Positions 25,468 through 38,482 of a stretch of 64,000 nt of DNA are shown here, piece after piece. The position numbers and the translations under genes are program-made. Source of the stretch: Patellaria atrata CBS 101060 (lineage: Eukaryota); assembly GCA_010093705.1 (NCBI GenBank), contig MU006089.1:65628-129627 (forward strand), in the 5' to 3' direction. The notes beneath the pieces are model-generated. The model saw only the letters and a list, made by a program, of their open reading frames with translations, was not told where the DNA came from and did no database searches. How positions within the stretch are numbered: position 1 is the first letter of the stretch; every line of letters begins with the position of its first letter.

Positions 25468-26244
25468 ATCAATTGAGATAGTAAGAAGAGATAAACAGTC
25501 GATGTCAAGTGTATAAACCGTGTTACTGCTCTTTTTGCCTCCTAGCACGATGGCTTTTAGTAGTTTTAAGACGTCCTTTACTCCTTATGATCATCTTCTG
25601 TATAACAACGATATCCTGAATATTCGTATCCCTGATAGCCTCCGATATGTTCAAGCTTGAAAGAAACTTGTACCGAATACACTCCTTTCCAGTAGAGGTT
25701 TAGGCATTTTACAAGAAGTCAGAATCCCATTGCTACCATGATGTGTCAGTTGTACGAGTAGTCCTTGTGCCTAATAATACCATCGGACATCGGTTCGCTA
25801 CAACTTTCCCCCGAGCGATGATACAGCTCTAGAACTCGGATTATCTCATCCTGTCTCAATTCTATGCATACTCTTCTTCAGAAGGTCAACCTCATCTGTA
25901 TAGAAACAATTGGAGGATACATAGACTTAAAACGGTCAGCCCATCACTGAAATCCTCGCTTTGAAATTCCCATGCTTCTCCTGGTTAACATTTTCTCCGC
26001 TTTACCTTCGATTTAGCCGCATCTATGATGTGATCCATTTACCCGTTCAATATCTCAGTTGTAAACCAGGTACATCAAGCATATGTAATATGTTGATCTT
26101 GTACTATCAATATGCTCGTGCATTCTATCATAGCTTCTACAGATTCATATAAGAGTTTTTCAGTTCTCTCATACCTCTTATCCATCATGATTCATCATCA
26201 ATCTCACTCTGAGCAACTAATTGTCATTGATACTGGCCATAGAA

Positions 26245-28233
26245 ATGATAGGGTTTATAGTCCTTTTACTTGCGTATTCCACAATCGCCCAGAGTAGACA
26301 GGAGCCTACAAACTCAACATTTCAGAACCCTATATTCCCCGGTTTTTTCCCAGACCCGAGCTGCATTTTCGTGGAAGAGTGGGATTTAACCTTCTTTTGC
26401 GCATCTTCTAGTTTCAATGCTTTCCCAGGGATCCCTATACATGCGAGCAAAGATCTTAAGAACTGGAAATTAATAAGTAAGAATTTTACGAGTTGTAACG
26501 CATCATTGAAACCCTTTTGATGGACGTTACAATCTTTTATTCTTTCTCTCTGACACTTCAAGGTAATGCATTGAACCGACACGAGCAACTTCCAGTTCTA
26601 GCATTGACAAATGGTTCAACCAGCGGCATCTGGGCGTCTACTATCAGATATCACGATGGTACCTTTTATGTAATAACGACACTGGAACATGATAAGAAAG
26701 CTACCGATGATCCCACTAGGCATGATAATGTTGGTGACGCTCACGAATAAATGGTATGCCTATATTATTGCTGAACAACATAGATGATTTTCAAGTCGGA
26801 AGACCCTTTCGACCCAACCGCGTGGAGTAATCCGGTACATTTCGAGTTCGAAGGCTACGACCCATCACCTTTCTGGCATGACGATGGTACTGTGTATATC
26901 CATGGAGCACATATTTGGCAAGTATCCCCGGGAATCTATCAGAACACCATCGATCTGGAAACCGGTGAACTAGGTGGCCCATGGATTAGTCTTTGGAATG
27001 GGACAGGGGGATTAGCGCCGGAAGGGCCCCATATCTACCGTAAAGATGGATGGTATTATCTCCTCGCTGCAGAAGGTGGTACGGGAGTTGATCATATGGT
27101 TACGATGGCCCGATCCCGTAGTATTAATGGCCCATTCGAGGCTAATCCCGCCAACCCTGTTCTTACGAATGCAAATACCACGTCCTACTTCCAAACACTT
27201 GGACACGCAGATTTGTTTCAGGATGAGAACGAGAACTGGTGGGCTGTTGCCCTATCCACAAGATCTGGCCCAGAGTATGTGACGTATCCTATGGGTCGGG
27301 AGACAGTAATGACACCTGTTACATGGGATGAAGGAAAATGGCCAGTATTCTCCCGTGTTCAGGGTGAGATGTCGGGATGGGAGATGCCGGATGAGAATTT
27401 GAATTTGGATGGGCACGGGTTTGTCTACTCTTCTCGCATATGTTGCGTGAAACTTCACTGACCAATATAGACCTTGGGTAGGAGAGCCTGATGTTATAGA
27501 CTTTGAGCCCGGATCTGGGATTCCTTCTCATTTTCTCTATTGGCGTCTTCCAATTGAATCATCTTATACAGTCTCTCCTCAAGAACATCCCAGAAGTCTT
27601 AGGGTCCGACCGTCGAAGCTGAATCTCACTGCTTATGACGGAAATTATGCTGGTGCAGGTGGACAAAGTTTCATTGGTCGACGCCAAACCGATACCTTGT
27701 TCACCTGGAGCGTGGATATGGATTTTTCTCCAAATGTCAGAGATGAAGAAGCTGGAATGAGTGTCTTCCTCACGATGGTAGGTTTTGTACCTCTTAATAC
27801 AAGATATATAGGGCCATGTGCGTGTACAGTACCGTGAAGAACTGACAGATCATAGAATCACCACATCCGTCTCGGTGTCGTCCTTCTTCCTTCTGACAAT
27901 AGTACATCTCTTACTCCACATTTTCGCTTCCACGCAATATCTTATATTCCAACGCCACCAACCACGACCTATCCGGTTCCTGCAGCATGGGTTGACAAAA
28001 AGTTGCACCTCGAGATTAAGGCTTTCAATCTAACTCACTATTCATTCTCCGCAGGCCCGGCTAGCTCAATGTCTGAAATGCGCACGATAGCGTACGCTGG
28101 AGCTGATATCGTAAGCTGGGGTTTTACAGGGGCCTTATTAGGGGTCTACGCGACGAGCAATGGAGGGAATGGGACTACGCCAGCTTATTTTGAGAACTGG
28201 AGATATCAAGGGCAAGGTCAATTTATGAGCTAG
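26245..28233 (+). CDS. Secreted glycoside hydrolase family 43 (beta-xylosidase/alpha-arabinofuranosidase) with C-terminal beta-sandwich; about 5 exons
   Basis: Signal peptide; NPIFPGFFPDPS, SSSFNAFPGIPI, GIWAST, GYDPSPFW, APEGPHIYRKDGWYYLLAAEGGT, GHADLF, MGRET, WGFTGALLGVYAT. Confidence 0.93.
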
Positions 28234-28722
28234 AATCTGGATCTCGGGGATATTAAGATAATTTCCTGTTATCAAAAGCATGGCCGATTATTGATTTGTT
28301 CAAAGTGTAGGAAGTAGAAATAAATACTTCAGACCCAGTCGCAAAACAATACGAACTCAAGAATGGGTCAATCAGGAGAAACTACCTTATATACATGTCG
28401 AAAACATCTAGAGCTTGATGTAGTTCTATCAGGAAAGGTTCTATTACTTTACTGTATGATGCAGTGATAGGGAAGCTATGACCATCCCCGTGCCCGCATC
28501 TCAACTGCTTCCAAGTTTTGGGTCTATAGTCTTCCCACTTCTCACCATCCGCTCCAGCCCCCTTCGATTGTTGTTTTCGAAGCTGTCCGGGCATATTTAG
28601 AGTAGTATCTAATGATAGGACCGGGAACCTCGCGCAATTGAAAGCCTCATTGGAGTTGTTCGGAAAGTCTCTACTATCCTGGAAGCTAGATCGACTTTTA
28701 CCAGGTAGCCAGCTGAGCAATC

Positions 28723-30853
28723 ATGGTGCAGTGGAGGAAGCTGTTTTCTTTTGATGGGCAGGATAGACGACACTTTCATGATGAGATTGCTGGCCGTAAG
28801 TCCTCCAAGTTTCCTTGTACAGAAGATAACACTGATTGACACGTCCTAGTTCTACCTACAAGCCGCGATCGTCACCCGCCCTCTCCCATTCCTTCTCGCG
28901 AGGTTACAAAAGTAGCCCTTCGTCTGAAGCACCAACTAGAAGTCGTTATACCGTGCGAGCTGGAAGAATGGAAGATTACCAAAGCACACAGCAATGTGAT
29001 CACGCCCAAAGTTGTAAAGACAGCTAAGAGCGCTGGAGGGGAGGAATATAAAGCTTGTGTAGTCTATTGTTTACTTGTGGTAAATAAATGGTTCAAGAGG
29101 CAAGCTTTGGCAGAGCTCTGGGACTCCGATTTGCACGAAGTTAGAGCTGTTGCTGCTGAAGTTATAGCAAAACAGATGTAAGCTGTCTTTCCGCGACCCA
29201 TCAAGCCCCAACTCTTACATTTCTTTGTAGTATTGAAGATGAGGAAGACATACAATATCTACTCGAAGAGGTTCTAGTCAAACGCTATTCCGTCCTCATC
29301 GACGGTAAAGACTCTATGCCTGCGAATGCTATAGAGAGAGCTGTAGATCTACACGCTGTTCGTGTCATTGGTTCTTCCGGCTATCAGAAGTGCATAAATT
29401 ATCTTTGGCGAGGATGGCTCATTCAGGACGATGATGACCCTTCCCGTTTCATAGATTATGAGAACAAAACCAACACGAACTACTGGTCACACTTTGACCC
29501 CGACCGTATGCGTGTCCCAGCCTACCAAAACACGCTTCAGATCTTCATCTCTCTCACTTACTTGGCTCTATATACCGTAGCTATAAATACAGTCAACCCA
29601 ACTGGTGATGTTGATGTCATTGAGGCACTGTTGTACTTCTTCACGCTTGGTTTCATCCTGGACGAAATTTCCAAGTTCTGGAAGGTCGGAAGATATTACC
29701 TTAGCTTCTGGAACGTATTCAACAGCACACTTTACGCACTTCTTACCATCTCCTTTGTGACCCGTATGATTGCATTAAGTCACGACTACAACAGCGATAC
29801 TCGGTTACGGTACAACGCTCTTAGCTATAACTTTCTGGCTTTTAGTGCACCTATGTTCTGGTTGAGGCTCATGCTCTATCTCGACTCTTTCAAATTTTTC
29901 GGCGCAATGCTTGTAGTTCTCAAAGTTATGATGCGAGAATCCATCATTTTCTTCGCACTTTTGCTGGTCGTGTTGATTGGGTTTTTGCAAGCGTTCATTG
30001 GGATGGATCAAGTGGACAACAATCTAACAGCAACTGGATTCATTATCAAGATGATGTTGGCCGCCATTCTCCAGAGCCCCGAATTCGATGAATGGGACAA
30101 TTTTGCGGTATTTATAAGCTTATCTGTCCTTCGCCAACGCTATACTGACTCTTTCTATAGCCTCCATTTGGACTGATACTTTATTACCTCTTTACTTTCA
30201 TTGTTATGGTTGGTAAGTTATCGAATAAACGATTTGGTTTAATCACAGCTTGCTAACCCCTAAGACAGTGCTACTAAACGTCCTAATTGCTCTATATAAT
30301 AGTGCTTACGAAGACATTACTGGAAATTCTGATGATGAATACATGGCACTGGTAGCACAGAAGACAATGCAGTTTGTTCGTGCTCCAGACGAAAACGTTT
30401 TCATCGCTCGTAAGTCCTTCGAACATGGTCATACTCTGATTACAGTTGTAATATGATATTGACATTCATCTAGCTTTTAACCTGATTGAGCTTTTCTTGC
30501 TCATAATACCATTTGAATGGTGGATGGATACATACAGATATGAGCGTTTGAACAATTATGTCATGGGCGTGATCTATTCCCCTCTTCTCCTTATTACTGC
30601 TGCCATTGAAACAAAGGAAGCTCACAAGGTCAAACGCAATCGCAAGCGGGGTGAGGAAGATGAAGACACAATTGAGGAGTGGGAACAACTCGCAGTCGAG
30701 TGTGATTTTGAAGGGGAAGGTTGGACAAAGAAGGTCGAAGATACTAAGCCCGATATTGAAACAGATGCCGCTATTGTCGAGATAAGGGAACTCAAGGAGC
30801 GCATCAAGGAGCTGAAGCAGATTGTTGAGGGAATCAAAGCTAATGGCAGTTAA
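28723..30853 (+). CDS. YVC1: Vacuolar TRP-type cation channel Yvc1; about 6 exons
   Basis: NAIERAVDLHA, FDPDRMRVPAYQN, six TM segments, LLNVLIALYNSAY, FVRAPDENVFIA, acidic C-terminal coiled coil. Confidence 0.9.
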
Positions 30854-31339
30854 AAGTGCTAAAAGGGGCACAAATTATGGAGAGTGCGCGCTATAAGAAT
30901 CCATCTCCTCGGGTACGTTTTATGTAGCTAGGAGTAACAGTAATATTTATATAAATAAAATTCTGAGAGATCATTAGATCTAGTAAATTGATCCTCAATT
31001 CTTAGACGAGAAGGTCCGTATCTGAACGACGCTCTTTTGGATGTCGGGAAACCTTGGCACTTCCGCCCCACCAAAATCTGAAGGTAAGAATTTTGGTATG
31101 GGCGTCAGAGTCAGACTTCCTACAGCAACAAGAGTTTAGCCCTCCGTTCACCCCGTTCTTGTCTAAAAGATACCTGAGTGCAGCTCCCTAGAAGTACTTT
31201 GTATGGTTACGTATCTACCGTCCTGAAGCGTACAGTCATACTTACGGAGATCTTACATCCAACTTGCTGGGGTTGGCCAAAACCTACGTGAGGGAGGAGC
31301 TCTGAATATCAGAAAAAATCAGCATATCAATCCGTAAAG

Positions 31340-32393
31340 ATGTCGTTAACGAATTGTCGATTTTACGAGGAGAAGTATCCTGAGGTTGAGAGTTTCGTTA
31401 TGGTGAACGTAAAACAGGTTAGCTATTTTCCCTATTCACTTGCGAAGAAAGACAGTATGACTTAACATATGTACTCTTATAGATAGCTGAGATGGGCGCA
31501 TACGTCAAATTACTAGAATACGACAACATCGATGGCATGATTCTCCTTAGCGAACTGTCGCGAAGACGTATAAGAAGTATCCAAAAGCTGATTAGGGTGG
31601 GGCGCAACGAAGTTGTCGTCGTACTGAGAGTAGACAAAGAGAAAGGTGGACACCTGGAACCCGCCATATCTTCTCTAGAATATACTAACTCCCGTTTGAA
31701 GGCTACATCGATCTCTCAAAACGCCGCGTCTCCCCCGAAGACATCGTAAAATGCGAAGAACGCTACAACAAGTCCAAAATGGTGCACAGCATCATGCGCC
31801 ACGTCGCCGAGAAGACCAACACACCGATCGAAACTCTCTACCAGGCGATCGGCTGGCCGCTCAACAAGAAGTACGGTCACGCCGTCGACGCCTTCAAACT
31901 CAGCATCACAAACCCGGACGTCTGGAAAGAAGTCACCTTTCCCGATGACGTCGTTAAGAACGAGCTCCAGAGCTACATCGGCAAGCGGCTCACCCCACAA
32001 CCGACCAAAGTTCGCGCCGACGTCGAGGTCACCTGTTTCGGGTACGATGGGATTGATGCGGTGAAAGACGCCTTACGAACCGCCGAGGCGAAGAATACAC
32101 AGGAAACGCAGGTGAAGGTCAAGTTGGTGAGCCCGCCGTTGTACGTGTTGACGTCTCAGTGTTTAGATAAGAATGTGGGTATCTCGACACTTGAGGATGC
32201 GATCAATGAGATTACGAAGAAAATTGAGGTTGTGGGTGGTGGGTGTGTTGTGCGTATGGCACCTAAGGCGGTTACAGAGAATGATGATGCGGAGTTGCAA
32301 GCTCTGATGGACAAGAGGGAGAGGGAGAACCAGGAAGTCAGTGGTGATGAGGATGAGAGCGCATCTGATGAGGGTGTGGTGGAGGCCGATTAA
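31340..32393 (+). CDS. SUI2: Translation initiation factor eIF2 alpha; 3 exons (introns about 31418-31481 and 31646-31701)
   Basis: [33 protein letters not shown] (Ser51 motif), [19 protein letters not shown]. Confidence 0.97.
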
Positions 32394-32926
32394 GAGAACC
32401 CTCTGAACGACCGAGGATAAAGAAAGGAGGGTCTCTTACGACTTACGAAGAAGACGAGTGATGCATCAATATAGTCAAAAGAGGGCCGGTCAAACGATTG
32501 TCAACCTTGATTTGTAACGAGTTACTGATGACGAGCATTGTATCGGTGCAGATGTAGGAGTGAAAAGGAGTCTGTCATTCTCCTGATTAGGCGCCTGAGC
32601 TTTGTAAAATCAACTAGACCGGATTGAAAGAGTTAAAAGTCGGGCCTAAAATTGAGTGGTCTACATCTACATAGTTTCGTCTAGATAATAATACAGCATC
32701 ACACCGATCCAGTGTACGATGTTGAAAATGTGCTCTCTCGGAAGTGCCAAAAGAACTTGGCCTTCGAAATGCGCAACGCCGCCCAATGCAATATCTATAA
32801 TCGGAGACTCCGAAGAATAAAAACGTGGCGAGTCTTCCTTCACCCAAGACATCGGGACGACCGTTGCCATCCAAACCACCTTTCGCTTAATTTATCACGG
32901 AAACCTTCGTCTACATCTTTGCCTCT

Positions 32927-34322
32927 CTATCCGTACAGTCCCTCTTCATCCCTGTTATCATTGACAAGCGGATGGGCCTCGAAAAACCGTAGCAGAGTCT
33001 GGTATAGCACCAACATCGTCCCACTCTGCGTACTCGTCCATACCATCCGCGGTCCGACCCCTCGGAACCAGCCCCAAATTCCTTCGGACCGATAGATCAT
33101 GCGTAGGCCGGTGACAACAGAGGATGTATCGAGGGTCACGGCGTGGTGTACGCGAAGAGTCGTCGACGGGGAAGAGGTGGAGATGGACCGAGATGAGGGA
33201 GTAGGAGGAGTATTTCGAAGATCTGAGGAGAGTGTGGGAGGAGATAGAGGTTTATTTTTTGGCAGGGATGGTTTTGACGAGTGCGGTTTCTGCGACTTTA
33301 CGGGCGTGGCAGTAGGGTGCAATTGGGTTTGGATACGCGTCTTTACGACATCAAGAGGACAGGTCAACACGCCGGCCATGCCACCTGCAGTAGCACCCGT
33401 AATGATTTCTAGGGGAAGACCGATCGACGCTTGTCTTCCATCAGGTGCCATACCGACCCAGGCTTTAGCAAGCTTTTGCTCTTGCTCGTAGAAAGCGAAT
33501 TGTAGGCCGCTAAAGGGAATGTCGCGCCACAAAGTCGCCTTGTAGCCGTAAAAAAGCGCAGCAAAGCTTTCCGTACGAACAATGGTACGCGCTGCGTGGT
33601 ATGTACTGCGATAGTTATAGCCAGAGTCAAAGTGAGGATTGTTATAACGTCCTTGAAGCTGAAGGCGAGTCTTCAATACCTCAGACGGTACATATAGCGG
33701 ACTTGCAACTAAGTCTGCTATAAAGCCTGCGGTCAAATATGTAAATGAAGGATTGATGCCCCGATCGAGCATCTTGCGCTTGGTGTATTCATAAGAGCCG
33801 AAGAAGCAGACGGTGCCGGTAAAGGAGCCAATAAACGCGGGTGTAACACCTCCATAGAGACCGCGTCGGATACCTTCTTGCCGCCATATTGTGTAATAAC
33901 TCTTACCCATAGAGGTGTATTTAGGGGGCATGTGAGGATCTCCTTGCTGACGGGTTTTCACGGTATCGAGAGAATGCATGAGCATATCACCGGTCGTCCC
34001 TCCCAAACCACCCGCAAGCATTGCCTGTTCCCTTATCAGTCCAGTCCACAGGTATACATTTATCGTCTCATCAAGATGACATCGAGTGACTCGGGAGAAT
34101 AGAACCAATATAGATAGCTAGGATTCATACGTGTATATATGGCGGCCTAGCAGCCTCCGGATCCAGCTCTACGGTTTTAATCTCGTCAATGCCTCTCGTT
34201 CCATCTCTTCCCATATCCGATCGTTCCATTCCATATGCGACCGAGCTCTCCCGTCCATCGTCGACGAAACTTGGTGCTTTGGTACTCGATGAAGAAAGAA
34301 ACTCCGGGCGGGCTAGTACCAT
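32927..34322 (-). CDS. Mitochondrial carrier family protein, YMR166C/Mme1-like; exons 34322-34131, 34024-32927 (start codon uncertain)
   Basis: Three carrier repeats HSLDTVKTRQQ, PSEVLKTRLQ, PLDVVKTRIQ; WRDIPFSGLQF; RGVGPR. Confidence 0.9.
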
Positions 34323-35032
34323 GAAGGCTTTAAGGTATCGAGAGAGATGCTGAGATAATGGGAAATGAAAGGCGATATCACCGTAGCATGAACAAAGGCA
34401 ACGAGGATGTAAAAGAAGCGAAAGCAAACTGGTATGACGGGATGGATGTGCGAAAGGGAGTAACTGGGGATGAGGTCGGAAATTTTTGGATGAGTCTCAA
34501 AAGTTACTTCAACCGAGCAAGGACGTCCGGTATCCCGATGGACTTTTGTGGTCTTCCCCACCGATAAGAGCTCCGACTGTACTGTACAATTCCTTCAGAT
34601 GTTCAAGACACGAGACATTTCCACCTGGGAGAATCATATCATTCAGAGAGTCCAACTATCGAAAGAGCTGCAACATATCATACAGGAATCGAACAAATCG
34701 GTGGATTCTCAGATTGTCTATTAATTGAAAAGTATCGGAGTATATTACCGAATCTAAGTGCAGGTACCCATCTCATCTTTAAGCGTTACAAAACAAATAA
34801 TATTACGAAAGGAGCGGTCTTTTACAAAACATTTGTAAATTACCAGTCACATGATTTTCGGGTATTTCCCCATCTCATCATTTGTTTACCTTTCCAACCA
34901 TCGGAGCGCGTCTAACTGATTCCCAGCCACCTCCCAACCCCCCAATACTATTTCGACATTTTTATCCACCTGTCTTTCGATCGCAATACATACGCGATTC
35001 AGGAATTGTGAAAAGCGCAAAAAGTCGACATT

Positions 35033-36148
35033 ATGTCTTCGTGGTTGCATCGACAACGGAAAGGCGACTTGGTGGAATTGGCAAAGCAGGCGGGTGTGAG
35101 CGAGTATGTATTCTGTTGTGTCTGTTCTGCGCGCTGTTAATTGGATGATTTATTTGGGCGTATTCGAAAGCCGAGATATGAATATGCTGACATCCTCATA
35201 GCTACGATGGCCTGCTCAAAGATGAACTCGTTTCTGTACTCGATGAACATCTTCGCGCCAACTCGTCTTCGCTCTCCTCTAACGCTGCTTTCAACGACTT
35301 CTACCGTACCGCTTCACCGGTGAAGAAGGAGCGCGCGGCTTCGACCACGTCAGGGCCCGACGTCCCGAAAAAGCGAAGGACCACAAAAGTCAAGGACGAG
35401 ATTGAAGCCATGTAAGCCGCATACCGCAAATCACTTCCAACGTACATTCCTAACCGCCAACAGTATCAGTGGTGACGATACTCCAATTCAGAACTTGGTG
35501 GCACGAACACCTCGCCTCCAACGCATTGCACAGAGCGTTCCACTACCAGCCTCGCCTGCTGAGGTTGCTGACGTTATTGATCGCCAAACGACAATTGCTA
35601 AAGAAAAGATTAGCTCCGCATACGCTAAACTGGGCGTCACGGAGAACATCGAATCTGTTAGAGAAAGTCTCTCTTCTGTCGTCGGAGTCGAGCTTCTCGT
35701 TTTGGGCCTTGAGTATTATGGCTTGCAAAAAGAAACGCTACCATGGCGTTATGCATTCGACTTCCCTGCAATCGGCTTTCTTGGGACCAATTCCCATCCT
35801 GTATCCATCCCAGATTTCTTTTTGCTCGTCACGAGCTTCTTCTGGGCACCTACGAGCTTGTGGGCGGCTACGTCTATTCTTCTACCAGCGCTGGCCGCTT
35901 ATTTCATCAATTTCACCTTGAACGGGAAGAGTAGGTCAGTCTATCAAGCTGACCCTCTTACTTTCAACGTCGCAAAAGCTTTGATCACATGGCTCGTGTA
36001 CTCTCAAGGTGCACAGTTTGCCGGACTTGTGAGCCCAGAGACTGCGGCGCGCGTCAATGCAGCAGTGCCTGGTGGCTATACCGGTGTGCTCATCGGATCG
36101 GGAGTAGGAGCGCTAGCTAGCATCTATGAAGCTGTGTTGAAGAGATGA
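35033..36148 (+). CDS. Conserved fungal membrane protein, possibly Gtt3-like nuclear periphery family; exons 35033-35103, 35202-35411, about 35464-36148
   Basis: MSSWLHRQRKGDLVELA...YDGLLKDEL, SPVKK, PDFFLLVTSFFW, DPLTFNVAKAL, C-terminal IYEAVLKR; canonical introns. Confidence 0.7.
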
Positions 36149-37022
36149 GCACTGACGGTCCTGGAGACGCGTCTATTTTTTATGAGTCATGCTACATTTA
36201 TATTTTGGTTCGGTTACGCTTTTCGTATTTTGTTTCGATTCTTACTGTACGCATGCCTAGCATGTAGAGATTGGATCGAGGGGTAGCGGATGCCTGCAAT
36301 GAGATTTGGGGAATTGGGGCGTTTTGGCTGTCATGCGATACCAGGCTTGATGTTGGGTTATAGGGGCGACGGAAGTTGGTAAAGAGCCATTTAAATGAAA
36401 GTTAATGATTCACTGGATTTTATTCATTGACCGATTGTGTGGTGCACAGAGTGACAGAGTTGCTTTCAGTCTCCAATTGTACTAGTATCTCATCATCGAG
36501 CTAAGAGGGTGGTATAAAATCTCGATGTCCATTTTCTACAGAAGCTTTCACGATCCAATTTTGAAACACTCTTCAGTCTATAACCACATTAAACGGCCAA
36601 CTTGCGCTATGCCTATCTGTATGTACATTCAACATAAATCTACACCTCGTCGTACGCGCACAAAACAGTAGTCGAAGAAAGCCACCACGAGAAAAAGAGC
36701 ATTATATATAGTTCTATTAAGTGTTTCTTACATTAGAACAGGTGAGTTATTATCCGATGAAGTTTATAACTTTGTTTTTACAACGATCTTTCTACGATAT
36801 ATAGTTACTGTCTATCTGGGACACCTTACTATGAATTCTACTATCTCGGTATTCGACAGCGCTATGACGACGACAATAAATGTCGTAGGATACGGTATTC
36901 TAGAATCGACACTTTTCACATCTCTATGTTGAGCTTTAAAGCGCTTAATTACGTGGCTCGGGATCTCGAGCGAGATCTATGCGGTGATGATATGATCTTC
37001 TTGGAGGTCTGCCAGGCACCGT

Positions 37023-37847
37023 CTAGAGTTTCTTGTCCATAACGAATCCAAAATAGTCAAATGAACCCGCCTCCTTGGTGAGCTCTATTACCTCAATCCG
37101 CCAGGTATCGTTACGTTCCAATAAGGGTATGATAAAATGTGGCTGTTGATACGTTATGTAAAGGAACCTTCCCTCTTTTCTCAGCACTCTGGCCACCTAA
37201 GTACTCCAATCATCAGAGATTATCCGTATACGGTGTAGAAAAGTTCCTCCCCCATGATTGCTGACTTGAAAATTAAAGAAATACGAACGTGAACACTTAC
37301 CTGATCTAGATAAGACCCTGTATCCCTTCTCACATCCTCCGGTGGATCCCATAGACTTCCATGGAGCATGGAGTCCAGCGTACCCTTATCAATAGCAACA
37401 TCGAATTCATCATTTGCGAATTCCATCATACTTCTCACATCTGCAACTTTCCACTCAATCCCTCTATTCTGCATATAACACTCGGCCATACTCTTGATCA
37501 CGACCTCAGAGAAATCAACGCAGGCCTGACTTTTATAACCCAAATTGTAAAGATCGATTGGCAACGTCTGCATTGCGCCATACATATATTAATTCCAGTT
37601 GCTACAAGTGAAGATTCAGGGGAAGGGGAAGGAGAAGATGACAACTCACGCTATTTCCACATCCTAGATGCAAAATCCTTGGTATTTTTCCCTCAATCGA
37701 CGGATTTGGCAATCTCTTCTCGAAGAACGACGATAATGCCTTGAATGACTTGAACCATTCGAACGTCCCATCATCGTCAGACCGGCTGTATCTTGTATTC
37801 CAATACTCCGGTTGGGAGAGCTCATGGAGCGATCTGGAACCACTCAT
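37023..37847 (-). CDS. Class I SAM-dependent methyltransferase, EEF1AKMT4/METTL13-like; exons 37847-37650, 37567-37301, 37196-37023
   Basis: EYWNTRY, FEWF, ILHLGCGNS, VDFS, ADVRSM, FDVAIDKGTLDS, VARVLRKEGRFLYITYQQPHF. Confidence 0.88.
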
Positions 37848-38482
37848 GACATATACCTATATAGAAGTGACTGAATATATTCACAGGAAAGGTTGTAATA
37901 GATTTACAAAGAATACTGTCTGTATATGTGTCAGACGTGAGGGTGTTGAATAATCAAGATAATCGCTTGATTTCTATCTAAGGAAGGAACGTCTATATAA
38001 ATTGAAGAGCTACCGAGAACACATATCCAAATCTCAACATAGCTAAGTGTCGTTGAGATATCTGTTGAGATAGTGGAGTCGGTTGAGGACGAAACAGATA
38101 ACTTCTGAAGATAGACTTTCAGTGCTCCATACTACTCCGTGGCTGACAGCTGATAGATCCACCAAAGTGACCAATACTTCAACAATATGAGACTTTGAAA
38201 AGGGCAAGCGGCAGTTTCTGAGTACAGCATCCTCTAGTCTGGGATTAGCGCGGTTATTACTTAAGCTTTCCCAAGATAAACCTAGCGGGTAATAACGAAG
38301 GATAACGTCAGGCTGTTGAGGCTCGAAAGTGGGCGGGATATACTTTATATGAAGATGGAAGAGCAGCAGAACATAGGATACCAACGAAACTCTTGGATAC
38401 GGATCAAGATATTCAAGGCCGTTTCTTACATAGGTTATCGGACCATGCATTCGATTATCAAACGGCGGCTTGCGTACTACAT

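Noticed and set aside
36148..37023. AT-rich spacer, considered as a RIP-degraded transposon
   Set aside because: No terminal repeats, target duplication or transposase remnant visible
38043..38450. 135-aa minus-strand ORF downstream of Spo71
   Set aside because: No recognisable motifs; probably Spo71 3'UTR or methyltransferase promoter
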